Positions 47,130-55,301 of a stretch of 64,000 nt of DNA are shown here, one piece after another (the first letter of the stretch is position 1; every line of letters starts with the position of its first letter). The notes beneath the pieces were generated by a model that saw only the letters and a program-made list of their open reading frames with translations, did not search any database and had not been told where the DNA came from. The position numbers and the translations under genes were made by a program. This stretch comes from Thermodesulfobacteriota bacterium (lineage in GTDB: Bacteria; Desulfobacterota_D; UBA1144; Nemesobacterales; Nemesobacteraceae), in assembly GCA_965202785.1 (NCBI GenBank), contig OZ241855.1:128001-192000 (forward strand), given 5' to 3'.

Positions 47130-47684
47130 TCAGCTCCTTATGTAGGTGCGCATGAAAAGTATTATCGCGAAAAGGGTCGGGACAAGCAAAAACGCCTGGG
47201 AGACAAGTATTCCCCTAAGCCTTGTTATCTCGAACCCCCGTTCAACAACCAGGGTGTAGCGGGGTGTCTGCGAAGCGGCGCTTGAGAAAGACTCGATCAC
47301 GTAACCTGTCGGCCCGGGGTTTTCAAACTCGAATATCTTCACTCCCCTCCTTCCCATGTAGCTGTATCTTTTCTGAGAATCAGGCACCTTGAGTTCCACG
47401 TTTTGCGCATTGGAAGCTTTTCTCAGGTAAACAACTATCGAGCCCTGCTCAGCGGAGTCCCCGCCTGTCTTTCCTTCGTCGAAAGCGCTTTCATACTGGT
47501 GGTAGATTGAATAAAGCCCCTTTTTCTCAAGCCGGATTGAGTGGCTTCCCGGAAAAGCGTATTCGCTAAGCGTCGCGCCGAGACCGGTAAAGCTTTTCAC
47601 TACGTTATAAAAGAAAAGTCCCCCTCCGAGCAGAAACAGCACTATGCAGAAAATGTAGATTCTCTTTCTTTTCCTGTCTTCCAT
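47130..47684 (-). CDS. Hypothetical membrane protein
   Basis: N- and C-terminal TM segments flank a soluble domain; co-oriented with the downstream genes. Confidence 0.65.
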   Translation of the reverse strand: MEDRKRKRIYIFCIVLFLLGGGLFFYNVVKSFTGLGATLSEYAFPGSHSIRLEKKGLYSIYHQYESAFDEGKTGGDSAEQGSIVVYLRKASNAQNVELKVPDSQKRYSYMGRRGVKIFEFENPGPTGYVIESFSSAASQTPRYTLVVERGFEITRLRGILVSQAFLLVPTLFAIILFMRTYIRS

Positions 47685-47872
47685 TTATTTTATACCTGCT
47701 TAAGAATCCGCTTCGCGCGGATTTGAGATGCACGTAATTATACTGCGAAAAATCCTGAGAACCACTACTCCTAACCCAGAATTTTCCTTCTCCGGGAAAA
47801 ATTCTGTTTGACAAAGCAATATAGTTCCGGGATAATCCCGCGGATATTAAATTTCTAGAGGTAGGTATTATA

Positions 47873-48073
47873 ATGCAGGGAACTGTAAAATGGTTTAATA
47901 GCTCCAAAGGCTATGGATTTATAACATCCAACGAAGTGCAGGATGATATTTTTGTTCATTACACCGCTATTGAGGGCGAGGGTTACAAGACTCTCAATGA
48001 GGGTGACGAAGTAAGCTTTGAGATCACTCAAGGCAAGAAAGGACCCACCGCAACAAACGTTGTGCCTGTCTAA
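47873..48073 (+). CDS. Cold-shock protein
   Basis: GTVKWFN..KGYGFI and DIFVHY motifs. Confidence 0.96.
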   Translation: MQGTVKWFNSSKGYGFITSNEVQDDIFVHYTAIEGEGYKTLNEGDEVSFEITQGKKGPTATNVVPV

Positions 48074-48249
48074 GAATTCGCTTTGCGCGGATTTGAGATC
48101 CACGCAGGTATACAGCGAAACACTTTGAGAACTACTGTATGTTTTCCTCCGCATCCAGAATTTTCTGGAAACGGGGGAAATACAGTTTGACAAAGCAATA
48201 CAGGTGTGGAATAATCCCGCAAATATTAATTTAGAGGTAGGTATTATAA

Positions 48250-48453
48250 ATGCAGGGAACTGTAAAATGGTTTAATAGCTCCAAAGGCTATGGATTTATA
48301 ACATCCGACGAAGTGCAGGATGATGTTTTTGTTCATTACACCGCTATTGAGGGCGAGGGTTACAAGACTCTCAATGAGGGTGACGAAGTAAGCTTTGAGA
48401 TCGTTCAAGGTAAAAAAGGACCCACCGCAACAAACGTAATAAAGACTTCCTAA
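48250..48453 (+). CDS. Cold-shock protein (second copy)
   Basis: GTVKWFN..KGYGFI and DVFVHY motifs. Confidence 0.96.
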   Translation: MQGTVKWFNSSKGYGFITSDEVQDDVFVHYTAIEGEGYKTLNEGDEVSFEIVQGKKGPTATNVIKTS

Positions 48454-48600
48454 GGGAATTCAGAATCCGGTTATTTTGGTTCCCAGGGAAATTCCCGCTC
48501 CTCAAACTGACGGGAAAGTTGCGTTTGCGGTTTGAAAATACGCAAATCATGTACTAACTTTAGTGTCTGAACATTTTAGATCGCAAGGAAGGTATTTAAG

Positions 48601-49749
48601 ATGGATTTGAGCAACCAGGAGATAACAAGGTACAGCAGGCACCTCATAATGCCCGAAGTCGGCATTGAGGGACAGAAGAAACTCAAGAACTCAAGGGTCC
48701 TCTGTATCGGCGCCGGAGGGCTCGGGTCTCCGCTTGCTCTCTACCTCGCGGCCGCGGGGGTAGGCACCCTGGGAATACTGGACTTCGACGTTGTGGATTT
48801 CAGCAACCTGCAAAGGCAGGTGATCCACAGCGAGAAAACCGTTGGCACTCCCAAGGTGGAATCCGCAAGGGACCGTCTCCTGGAGCTTAACTCCGATACC
48901 AATATCGTTACCTATAACGAGATGCTGAATTCGGACAACGCCATGGACATAATGAAAGACTACGACGTTGTCGTTGACGGAACGGACAATTTCGCCACGA
49001 GGTATCTCACAAACGACGCCTGCGTTTTCCTGGGAATTCCTAACGTCTACGGAAGCATCTTCAGGTTTGAAGGCCAGGTAAGCGTGTTCGACGCTAAAAG
49101 AGGCCCCTGCTACAGGTGTCTCTATCCGGAGCCCCCTCCCCCGGGACTCGTGCCTAGTTGCGCCGAAGGAGGAGTGCTGGGAATACTGCCCGGAGTTGTG
49201 GGAACCATACAGGCGTCCGAGGTCGTAAAGCTCATAATCGGCGAAGGAACGCCGCTTATAGGAAGGCTTCTTTTCATTGACGTCCTCGAAATGGAGCCGA
49301 GGATACTCAAGCTCAGAAAAGATCCCGACTGCCCCGTCTGCGGCGAGAACGCAACCGTGACCGAACTCATAGACTACCAGGAGTTCTGCGGCATCGGCCG
49401 AGGCGAAGAGCCTGAAGAGGAAAAACCCAAGGTCGAGGAGATAACCGTTGAGGAATTCAGCACTATCAAGGAAAACAAGGCCGACTTCGTTCTGATCGAC
49501 GTGAGGGAGCCCCATGAGTACGAAATATGCAGCCTAGAAGGATCAAGGCTCATTCCCCTGGGCGAACTCAAGGACAGAACGGACGAACTTGACCCCAAGG
49601 ACGACATAGTCGTTCACTGCCACCACGGCGGGAGAAGCATGAAGGCTGCGACTTTCCTTGTCGAGCAGGGTTTCAGCAAGGTTAAGAACCTCAAGGGCGG
49701 CATAGACGAGTGGGCTGAGAAGTACGACTCGGAAATGGCCAGGTACTGA
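48601..49749 (+). CDS. moeB: MoeB/MoeZ adenylyltransferase with rhodanese domain
   Basis: RYSRHL, GAGGLG, SNLQRQ, PCYRC, CPVC and C-terminal rhodanese CHHGGRS. Confidence 0.93.
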   Translation: MDLSNQEITRYSRHLIMPEVGIEGQKKLKNSRVLCIGAGGLGSPLALYLAAAGVGTLGILDFDVVDFSNLQRQVIHSEKTVGTPKVESARDRLLELNSDTNIVTYNEMLNSDNAMDIMKDYDVVVDGTDNFATRYLTNDACVFLGIPNVYGSIFRFEGQVSVFDAKRGPCYRCLYPEPPPPGLVPSCAEGGVLGILPGVVGTIQASEVVKLIIGEGTPLIGRLLFIDVLEMEPRILKLRKDPDCPVCGENATVTELIDYQEFCGIGRGEEPEEEKPKVEEITVEEFSTIKENKADFVLIDVREPHEYEICSLEGSRLIPLGELKDRTDELDPKDDIVVHCHHGGRSMKAATFLVEQGFSKVKNLKGGIDEWAEKYDSEMARY

Positions 49750-49790
49750 GAATCAGGGGTTTCAGGGAGAGGGAGAAAAACTCTTTTTCC

Positions 49791-49874
49791 TGGGCGGAGA
49801 GGGAATCGAACCCTCACGGGCCAAAGCCCAACGGCTTTTGAGGCCGTCGCGTCTACCTATTCCGCCACCCGCCC
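49791..49874 (-). tRNA. tRNA-Leu(CAA)
   Basis: GGGCGGG..GACGGC-CTCAAAA-GCCGTT, long variable arm, GGTTCGATT. Confidence 0.93.
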
Positions 49875-49923
49875 TTAAGATAGGGGACTATTATTCTCGC
49901 TAAACCCGGAGAAATCAACAGGA

Positions 49924-50460
49924 TCACTCCCCGAGAAAATAAAACCCGAACGCCGCTATCACTATGCAGTGATCTATGGTGCCTTTCCTTATGTATCGTT
50001 TTATTTCCTGCGGAGAGACAAGCAGGGTTTCTATGTCTTCTGTAGTGTCAAAAGACGGTTCCGACGTCCGCTCACAGTCAGATGCGAGGAAGGTATAGCA
50101 GGAGTTTGACATGAATGCAGGGTTCGGCCTGACGCACCCTATCTGCTCCCACCTAGTGGAGCTAAATCCCGTTTCCTCAAGCAGTTCCCTTCGCGCGCAC
50201 TGAACGGGACTTTCTCCCGGGTCGATCATTCCGCCCGGAATCTCAAGCGTGATCTCCCCGGTGCCGTGTCGGAACTGTTTTATCAAAATGATTTCACCAG
50301 AGGTCGTAACGGGGATAATGTTAACCCAGTCGGGAGCGTCCATCACGTAGAAGTCGTGGACGGCGCCGTCTTCGGGCGAGACGGCGCTTTTCTTTCTCGT
50401 CGAGAAAATCCTGTAGTCGTTAAGCGGAGTGCTTTTTTTAAGCTTCCATTTTTTCGGCAT
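49924..50460 (-). CDS. NUDIX hydrolase (ADP-ribose pyrophosphatase-like)
   Basis: Nudix box GMIDPGESPVQCARRELLEETG, plus QFRH. Confidence 0.92.
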   Translation of the reverse strand: MPKKWKLKKSTPLNDYRIFSTRKKSAVSPEDGAVHDFYVMDAPDWVNIIPVTTSGEIILIKQFRHGTGEITLEIPGGMIDPGESPVQCARRELLEETGFSSTRWEQIGCVRPNPAFMSNSCYTFLASDCERTSEPSFDTTEDIETLLVSPQEIKRYIRKGTIDHCIVIAAFGFYFLGE

Positions 50461-50585
50461 TTCTGTATTTTAATAAACCCGATTCTCTTGTTAAACTAGA
50501 AAGAGTTTCTCACAAACTGCGGGAAATTGTTTATAGAACTCCTGAAAAAACAACAGTTTCGCAACGTCGTCAGAATAAAATACAC

Positions 50586-50677
50586 GGAGAGATGACCGAG
50601 TGGCCGAAGGTGCACGCCTGGAAAGCGTGTAGGGGGTTTACGCTCCCTCGTGGGTTCGAATCCCACTCTCTCCGCCA
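50586..50677 (+). tRNA. tRNA-Ser(GGA)
   Basis: GGAGAGA..CACGC-CTGGAAA-GCGTG, long variable arm, GGTTCGAATCC..GCCA. Confidence 0.95.
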
Positions 50678-50862
50678 TTCTTTATTTATAACTCCCTGAA
50701 AATAAAACATTTCTGAAGAGTTCAAGAACAATACTCTTTATGTGTTCATACGCCGCAGCTTCGGATTCTTGGTGAAGCTGGCTCTCTCTTGTACGCTTTA
50801 CCACATTACAAGTATAAAAACACCAAAAATTACTAGGTTTCGCAGGTTGGAGAGATAAAACA

Positions 50863-51585
50863 ATGAGTACACGCAAAAAAACAACGGATGAGATTAAATG
50901 GGTAGAAAAGACTTTTGAAGAAATAAAGGATGTGGTACGGCTACTGATGAATGCCGCGCAAACCCACAAACGTGCGTCAGTTTTGTGTATGGAGAAAGCT
51001 CGCGCCAATCGTTTTACTAATCCCGAGCGTTTTAATGTTGTAGATTACTTACTTCTTTCCGCTGTTTCTTTCGAACTGATTTTTGTATCGGTGGAACAAT
51101 CTCTACGTCTTCTTTTTCTTCTTCTCTTTCGCATTTTTCCCAGAAACCCTGATCATGACCTGCACACCCTTTACAAAGAATTGCAGGACAGGGATACAGG
51201 TGAGGAAGGGATATCTAGAGATATAATTCAAGAAATCAACGGTTTTGGTCAAACCAAAAACATAAGACCAGTTTCTGAGGATGAGTTAATAGCTTGTCTC
51301 AAAAGACACGGTTCCTCGTATATGGACTTTAAATACTTCCACGTGGACACAAAAGGAAAGTCGAATCGGAATAAGAGTTCCGTACTTTCAGACCGCGATC
51401 TAGATATTTTCCTTTGCTTTGCGTCGGCGTTGATTTGCCTGAATATAGAGGAGATGGAAAAGCGCGGCTTCGGTTTTCCGTTTATATGGCCAGTACCTGA
51501 ATCGGAAATGACAGAACGGTTGAAAGCCTTAAAAGAACGTGCCGATAATGCGTACTATATCTCAGCCATTTTTCACGATAAATAA
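50863..51585 (+). CDS. Hypothetical protein, HEPN-like
   Basis: Low GC; VEQSLRLL..P..HDLHTLY and Y..FKY patterns resemble HEPN domains; GGAG RBS. Confidence 0.5.
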   Translation: MSTRKKTTDEIKWVEKTFEEIKDVVRLLMNAAQTHKRASVLCMEKARANRFTNPERFNVVDYLLLSAVSFELIFVSVEQSLRLLFLLLFRIFPRNPDHDLHTLYKELQDRDTGEEGISRDIIQEINGFGQTKNIRPVSEDELIACLKRHGSSYMDFKYFHVDTKGKSNRNKSSVLSDRDLDIFLCFASALICLNIEEMEKRGFGFPFIWPVPESEMTERLKALKERADNAYYISAIFHDK

Positions 51586-51646
51586 AAACCGTGCTATGTC
51601 AACGGGGACTTTCTCCACCAAGGATGCTTTAGGAAACAAAATCATG

Positions 51647-52711
51647 TTATAAATCGTCTTGCGAAACAGGAGCCCAGATCTGCCTAAGTGGGAGTTTAGC
51701 ACGTATGTACTCAGGTAATTCAGCGTAGTTTTTGAAAAGCGCTTTCAGCAGATCATCCATCTGCCACAGGCGGAGTTTGAAAAAATCGTCGTCAAGGTCC
51801 TTCCGTGCGGCCTTGTTCACGCCACCAATACTTACAAGCAATCCCGTCTGTGCCCCACTTTGAGAAACAGAACCTATAAGCTTGAGCACCACGTCACGAT
51901 TGGCTTCACCATCACTTGATTTGACTTGAACACAGATACGATCCTCACCAAGGCCGAGAGTGCCTCCAGCGGCAAGGATATCGACTCCTCCGTCTGGTCC
52001 CGGAGGTGAAACTTTTGTCGTGTAGCCCTCAGTTTCGAGTATTTCCGCTACCAATTTGGCCAAGTCATGACCGGCAAATTGAGATTTGATCAACGAGACA
52101 ATCTGCTGATTAGCTACTTCTTCAATATCAACTTCGTAGTCTTCAACATCTGATTCATCATCTACAATCTGAGTAGGAATAAGTCCTGGTTTGTTAAGAA
52201 GCGGACCTGGATCTTTTCCAGTTTCAAGAACCGCTAGTACGCGGTCAATAGCCCTGTTTCGTTTGATTTCGCAGACCGTCATAAATGCCCCGAATGAGTG
52301 ACGCAAGTCCTGCTTGAAATTATCGCGAGGTACGGATTCCTTATGCCATTTGATGGAACGCGAGTTGGGAAAAATATCATTAGGGTCATCAATATAGTTG
52401 TAATCTCCGGTCACCTCACCAATTGCAATACCATCGGTAAGCTTGCGGGGCATAACTACTAAGTCACCTATCTGAATAATATTCACAAACCGGTGAAGTT
52501 GCGAAGCGTAATTTGCAATCCGATTCTTACTACTACCGGGAAATATCTCTTCAAGTCGCCTAACAATCTCACTGCGATCTTTATTACTTAGGTCTCCGAT
52601 TTCACTCCAGCCGATTAGTGCTTTGTTTTGCTCAAGAGCATCTAATTCACGTTCTCCTCGACTCCCAGAGCGAATAAGCCAAAGCCTTGGTTCTTTCTGC
52701 TCTATAGCCAC
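51647..52711 (-). CDS. Mrr-like restriction endonuclease
   Basis: N-terminal WLIRSG..IGW..GDLVV..IGEV domain; C-terminal GPDGGVDILA..VQVKS Mrr catalytic motif. Confidence 0.87.
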   Translation of the reverse strand: MAIEQKEPRLWLIRSGSRGERELDALEQNKALIGWSEIGDLSNKDRSEIVRRLEEIFPGSSKNRIANYASQLHRFVNIIQIGDLVVMPRKLTDGIAIGEVTGDYNYIDDPNDIFPNSRSIKWHKESVPRDNFKQDLRHSFGAFMTVCEIKRNRAIDRVLAVLETGKDPGPLLNKPGLIPTQIVDDESDVEDYEVDIEEVANQQIVSLIKSQFAGHDLAKLVAEILETEGYTTKVSPPGPDGGVDILAAGGTLGLGEDRICVQVKSSDGEANRDVVLKLIGSVSQSGAQTGLLVSIGGVNKAARKDLDDDFFKLRLWQMDDLLKALFKNYAELPEYIRAKLPLRQIWAPVSQDDL

Positions 52712-52966
52712 TTTATTTTCTCCAACCTCCTCTGTTGATCTCATACAAGCTTTGACAAAACTGTATCTGGGTAAACGATTATTCCAGACTTTGTAAAGCT
52801 TCCGTGTCCTACGTACCAATTACAAACTCAGGAAACGTATAGCAATCAATCTCAATTACTAATTATAGGGATAATGTATAGTTCTAGTTATACGGAGTAG
52901 ACGTAAACGGCACCACCCCGAAGGTTTACATCAGTCAAGATAGCAATACTAACCAAAATTCTAAGC

Positions 52967-53323
52967 TTACTTATTTATAAGTTCTATCTTGTCTTCAAGA
53001 TTCGGCACAAGACACAGGAACTCAAAAGGTTCGTCACCCTCAACTTCATACCAGTGAGGAATCCCGGCAGGAATAAAGACTACATCATCCTTCTCGACGT
53101 TATACACATCATCTCCGATTCCAATTTTTGCCCTGCCACCAAGAACATACTGCTCATGCTCAACGGCGTTGGTATGAGCGGGGATATCGCCTCCAGGCTG
53201 CATAACAAACTTTCTCATCGCGAAGTTCGGACCTTCCTCCGGACTGATGAGAACCTGCCTTGAAGTACCCTGACCTGCTCCGATAATCGTACTCTCTACG
53301 TCTTTAACCTTTTTTACGTACAT
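52967..53323 (-). CDS. Cupin-domain protein
   Basis: PAHTNAVEHEQYVL..VFIPAGIPHWY motif. Confidence 0.9.
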   Translation of the reverse strand: MYVKKVKDVESTIIGAGQGTSRQVLISPEEGPNFAMRKFVMQPGGDIPAHTNAVEHEQYVLGGRAKIGIGDDVYNVEKDDVVFIPAGIPHWYEVEGDEPFEFLCLVPNLEDKIELINK

Positions 53324-53592
53324 ATTTAAAATGTAACACAGAAAAGATGGATTGTTCTATAGATATTTAAGGGGACTATATACAATGTTACCCAGAACCT
53401 CTTGACTTCTTTTGTATGGGATAAAGGGTCTTGACCAACCGGGGCACAAGGCTTTGTGCTTTTCAGAGTAAGAACTTTCTTCCGAATCCTTGACCTTTTC
53501 TCTTGATTGTTCATGGGAGGTGAGATCTGTTGAAGTTCTGTCCGCAATCGTGCTATAATAAGGCTCGCTTGAGAACTGAGGAGGAGAGAATT

Positions 53593-55035
53593 ATGAAGGT
53601 GTTTTTCCATCTGTTTTTTTCGATTGCCGCTGGTCTTGGGCTTCACACGCAAGCGTTCGCCCACGAGTACAGGGGTTTTTCCCATAATCCGGATCTGGAC
53701 ATAAGTGCGGAGAGCGTTGGGGTTGCGGATGAGGCTTCCATAACAAAGATGGCCGTTCACCTGGCAAAGCATATTGAGCTGATCCAGGCTTCGGACCTGA
53801 GCCAGCCGGAGCAGGCAAAGGAGCTCGTGATACTTGGGCAGAGGACCAGGGAGCGGGGAATCTTCAACAATGGCGAGGTTTACTTCGTGCTTGTAAACCC
53901 CGAGGGATACATAGCGAACCACGGGATTTATCCCGACCTGCATTTCAAGAAGTATTTCCCTTCCTTCGAGTTCAAGGACCGCGATGGCATGACAACCGGG
54001 ACCATGGAAACCCTGCTTGCGAGCGAGGCTCCGACATGCGTGAATTACCACTACGGCGGAGAAGACAGGGTGGCGTGCGCGATGGGCGTGAGGGTTTTTT
54101 CCGCGGGTGGCGCCGTAATCAACCTGATGGGGTTTCACCACGCGAGGGATGACTACGACCTGATCGAAGAAGACAACCCCAACTGCGATGTTCCCCTCTA
54201 TAGCCTTCCCGTCACCGCGGGGCAGGTTGACGGTGAGCAGGACCCGCAGAGGAAAGAAGAGCTCCTTGTCGAGTATGTAAAGGCCGTTGCCGAGAAGTTC
54301 AAGCAGCGTAGCGGCGCGACGGCACTGCAGCTGTTCCAGCAGGATCCCGCGCTTGTCGCCCTTGGCGGAGGGCTTGTTCCGGACAGCACGCCGGAACAGG
54401 TGGAAGCGGCCGCGAAAGAGCTTGGGGAGAGGTCCGTCCGAATATCTCTCGGGACGACGAGCTGTCTCGGTAGTGGAGACTACAAAGAGGGCTCCATATA
54501 TGCCTTCATGTTCGCTCCCGAGGATGGCACCGCGGTCATAAACGGGCTTGACTTTCACCGCTACGGAGTAAGCGTTTCACTAACCGACCCGGATCCGATT
54601 CAGTGCGATGGAGCGAATCTCCTCGAGGCTTTTCGCAACGCGGCGACGAATGGAAGCGGAAATCTCATGGATCTGGCGGAGGGAAACAGCGGCTTCGTCA
54701 CATATCACTGGAAGAATCCGACGCTCACCGATGACGGCAACCAGAACTACCTTGAGAAAGGCGAGATTCCCGGCTTCTCCATAAAGAAAAGCTATTTTGA
54801 AGTGGTAGACATAACGCCGCCCGAGCTTGCCACCCTCGGCACTCCTCCGCTCTGGCGCATAGTCGGCTCGGGAATCTATCTTGACGACGCCGAGTATTGC
54901 GAAGAAGGTGACGAAGGGTGTGCAATAGCTTCTACGGCCCCTGTGTCCGGAAGCGCTTTGCTCAACCTGCTTGTGATAGCGGCTGTCGTTTTATCCGTCG
55001 TTGCGGGGAGGCAGAGGAAAAAACTCGATATTTAA
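53593..55035 (+). CDS. Exported protein with Cache-like segments and a C-terminal Gly-Cys/TM anchor
   Basis: GAGGAG RBS and signal peptide; YFVLVNPEG..NH and GFVTYHWKNP..KKSY..IVGSGIY; tail GCAIAS-TM-RQRKK. Confidence 0.65.
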   Translation: MKVFFHLFFSIAAGLGLHTQAFAHEYRGFSHNPDLDISAESVGVADEASITKMAVHLAKHIELIQASDLSQPEQAKELVILGQRTRERGIFNNGEVYFVLVNPEGYIANHGIYPDLHFKKYFPSFEFKDRDGMTTGTMETLLASEAPTCVNYHYGGEDRVACAMGVRVFSAGGAVINLMGFHHARDDYDLIEEDNPNCDVPLYSLPVTAGQVDGEQDPQRKEELLVEYVKAVAEKFKQRSGATALQLFQQDPALVALGGGLVPDSTPEQVEAAAKELGERSVRISLGTTSCLGSGDYKEGSIYAFMFAPEDGTAVINGLDFHRYGVSVSLTDPDPIQCDGANLLEAFRNAATNGSGNLMDLAEGNSGFVTYHWKNPTLTDDGNQNYLEKGEIPGFSIKKSYFEVVDITPPELATLGTPPLWRIVGSGIYLDDAEYCEEGDEGCAIASTAPVSGSALLNLLVIAAVVLSVVAGRQRKKLDI

Positions 55036-55301
55036 GGGGATGAAATACGATTCCAGCTAACCTTAACGGGTGGTATTATCCCCCTCTTCCTGTCTTTTTC
55101 TGCAGGGTTCTTAGGGCCAGGGTTTTTGATAAAAAATGACTTGACCGCATTGCCCATTGCTATGTCTATCAACTTTATGAATTTCGGTTTCTTTGGCATT
55201 CTTCCTTACTCGGTTCACCGTACTTAGTCTTTATTGGGAAGCCCGCTAAGTTGAAAATTATTACAAACTTTGTGGTATAATCGGGCAAAAAAGGAGGAGC
55301 C

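Larger units (their letters stand above)
47701..48453. repeat. Tandem duplication of a ~375-bp unit (hairpin, promoter and csp gene)
   Basis: Units start at about 47701 and 48071. Each has TTGACA-17bp-(G/A)ATAAT and gaggtaggtattata, and the coding sequences are near-identical. Confidence 0.92.

Noticed and set aside
50496-50678. 60-aa ORF MAERVGFEPT...
   Set aside because: It is the antisense translation of tRNA-Ser.
53326-54558. 410-aa minus-strand ORF
   Set aside because: Antisense to the 53593-55035 gene, which has the RBS, signal peptide and domain motifs.
55036-55301. Cobalamin or other riboswitch upstream of the TonB receptor
   Set aside because: No B12 box or other aptamer consensus was recognised, and an extended -10 (TGGTATAAT) lies close to the start, leaving no room for one.
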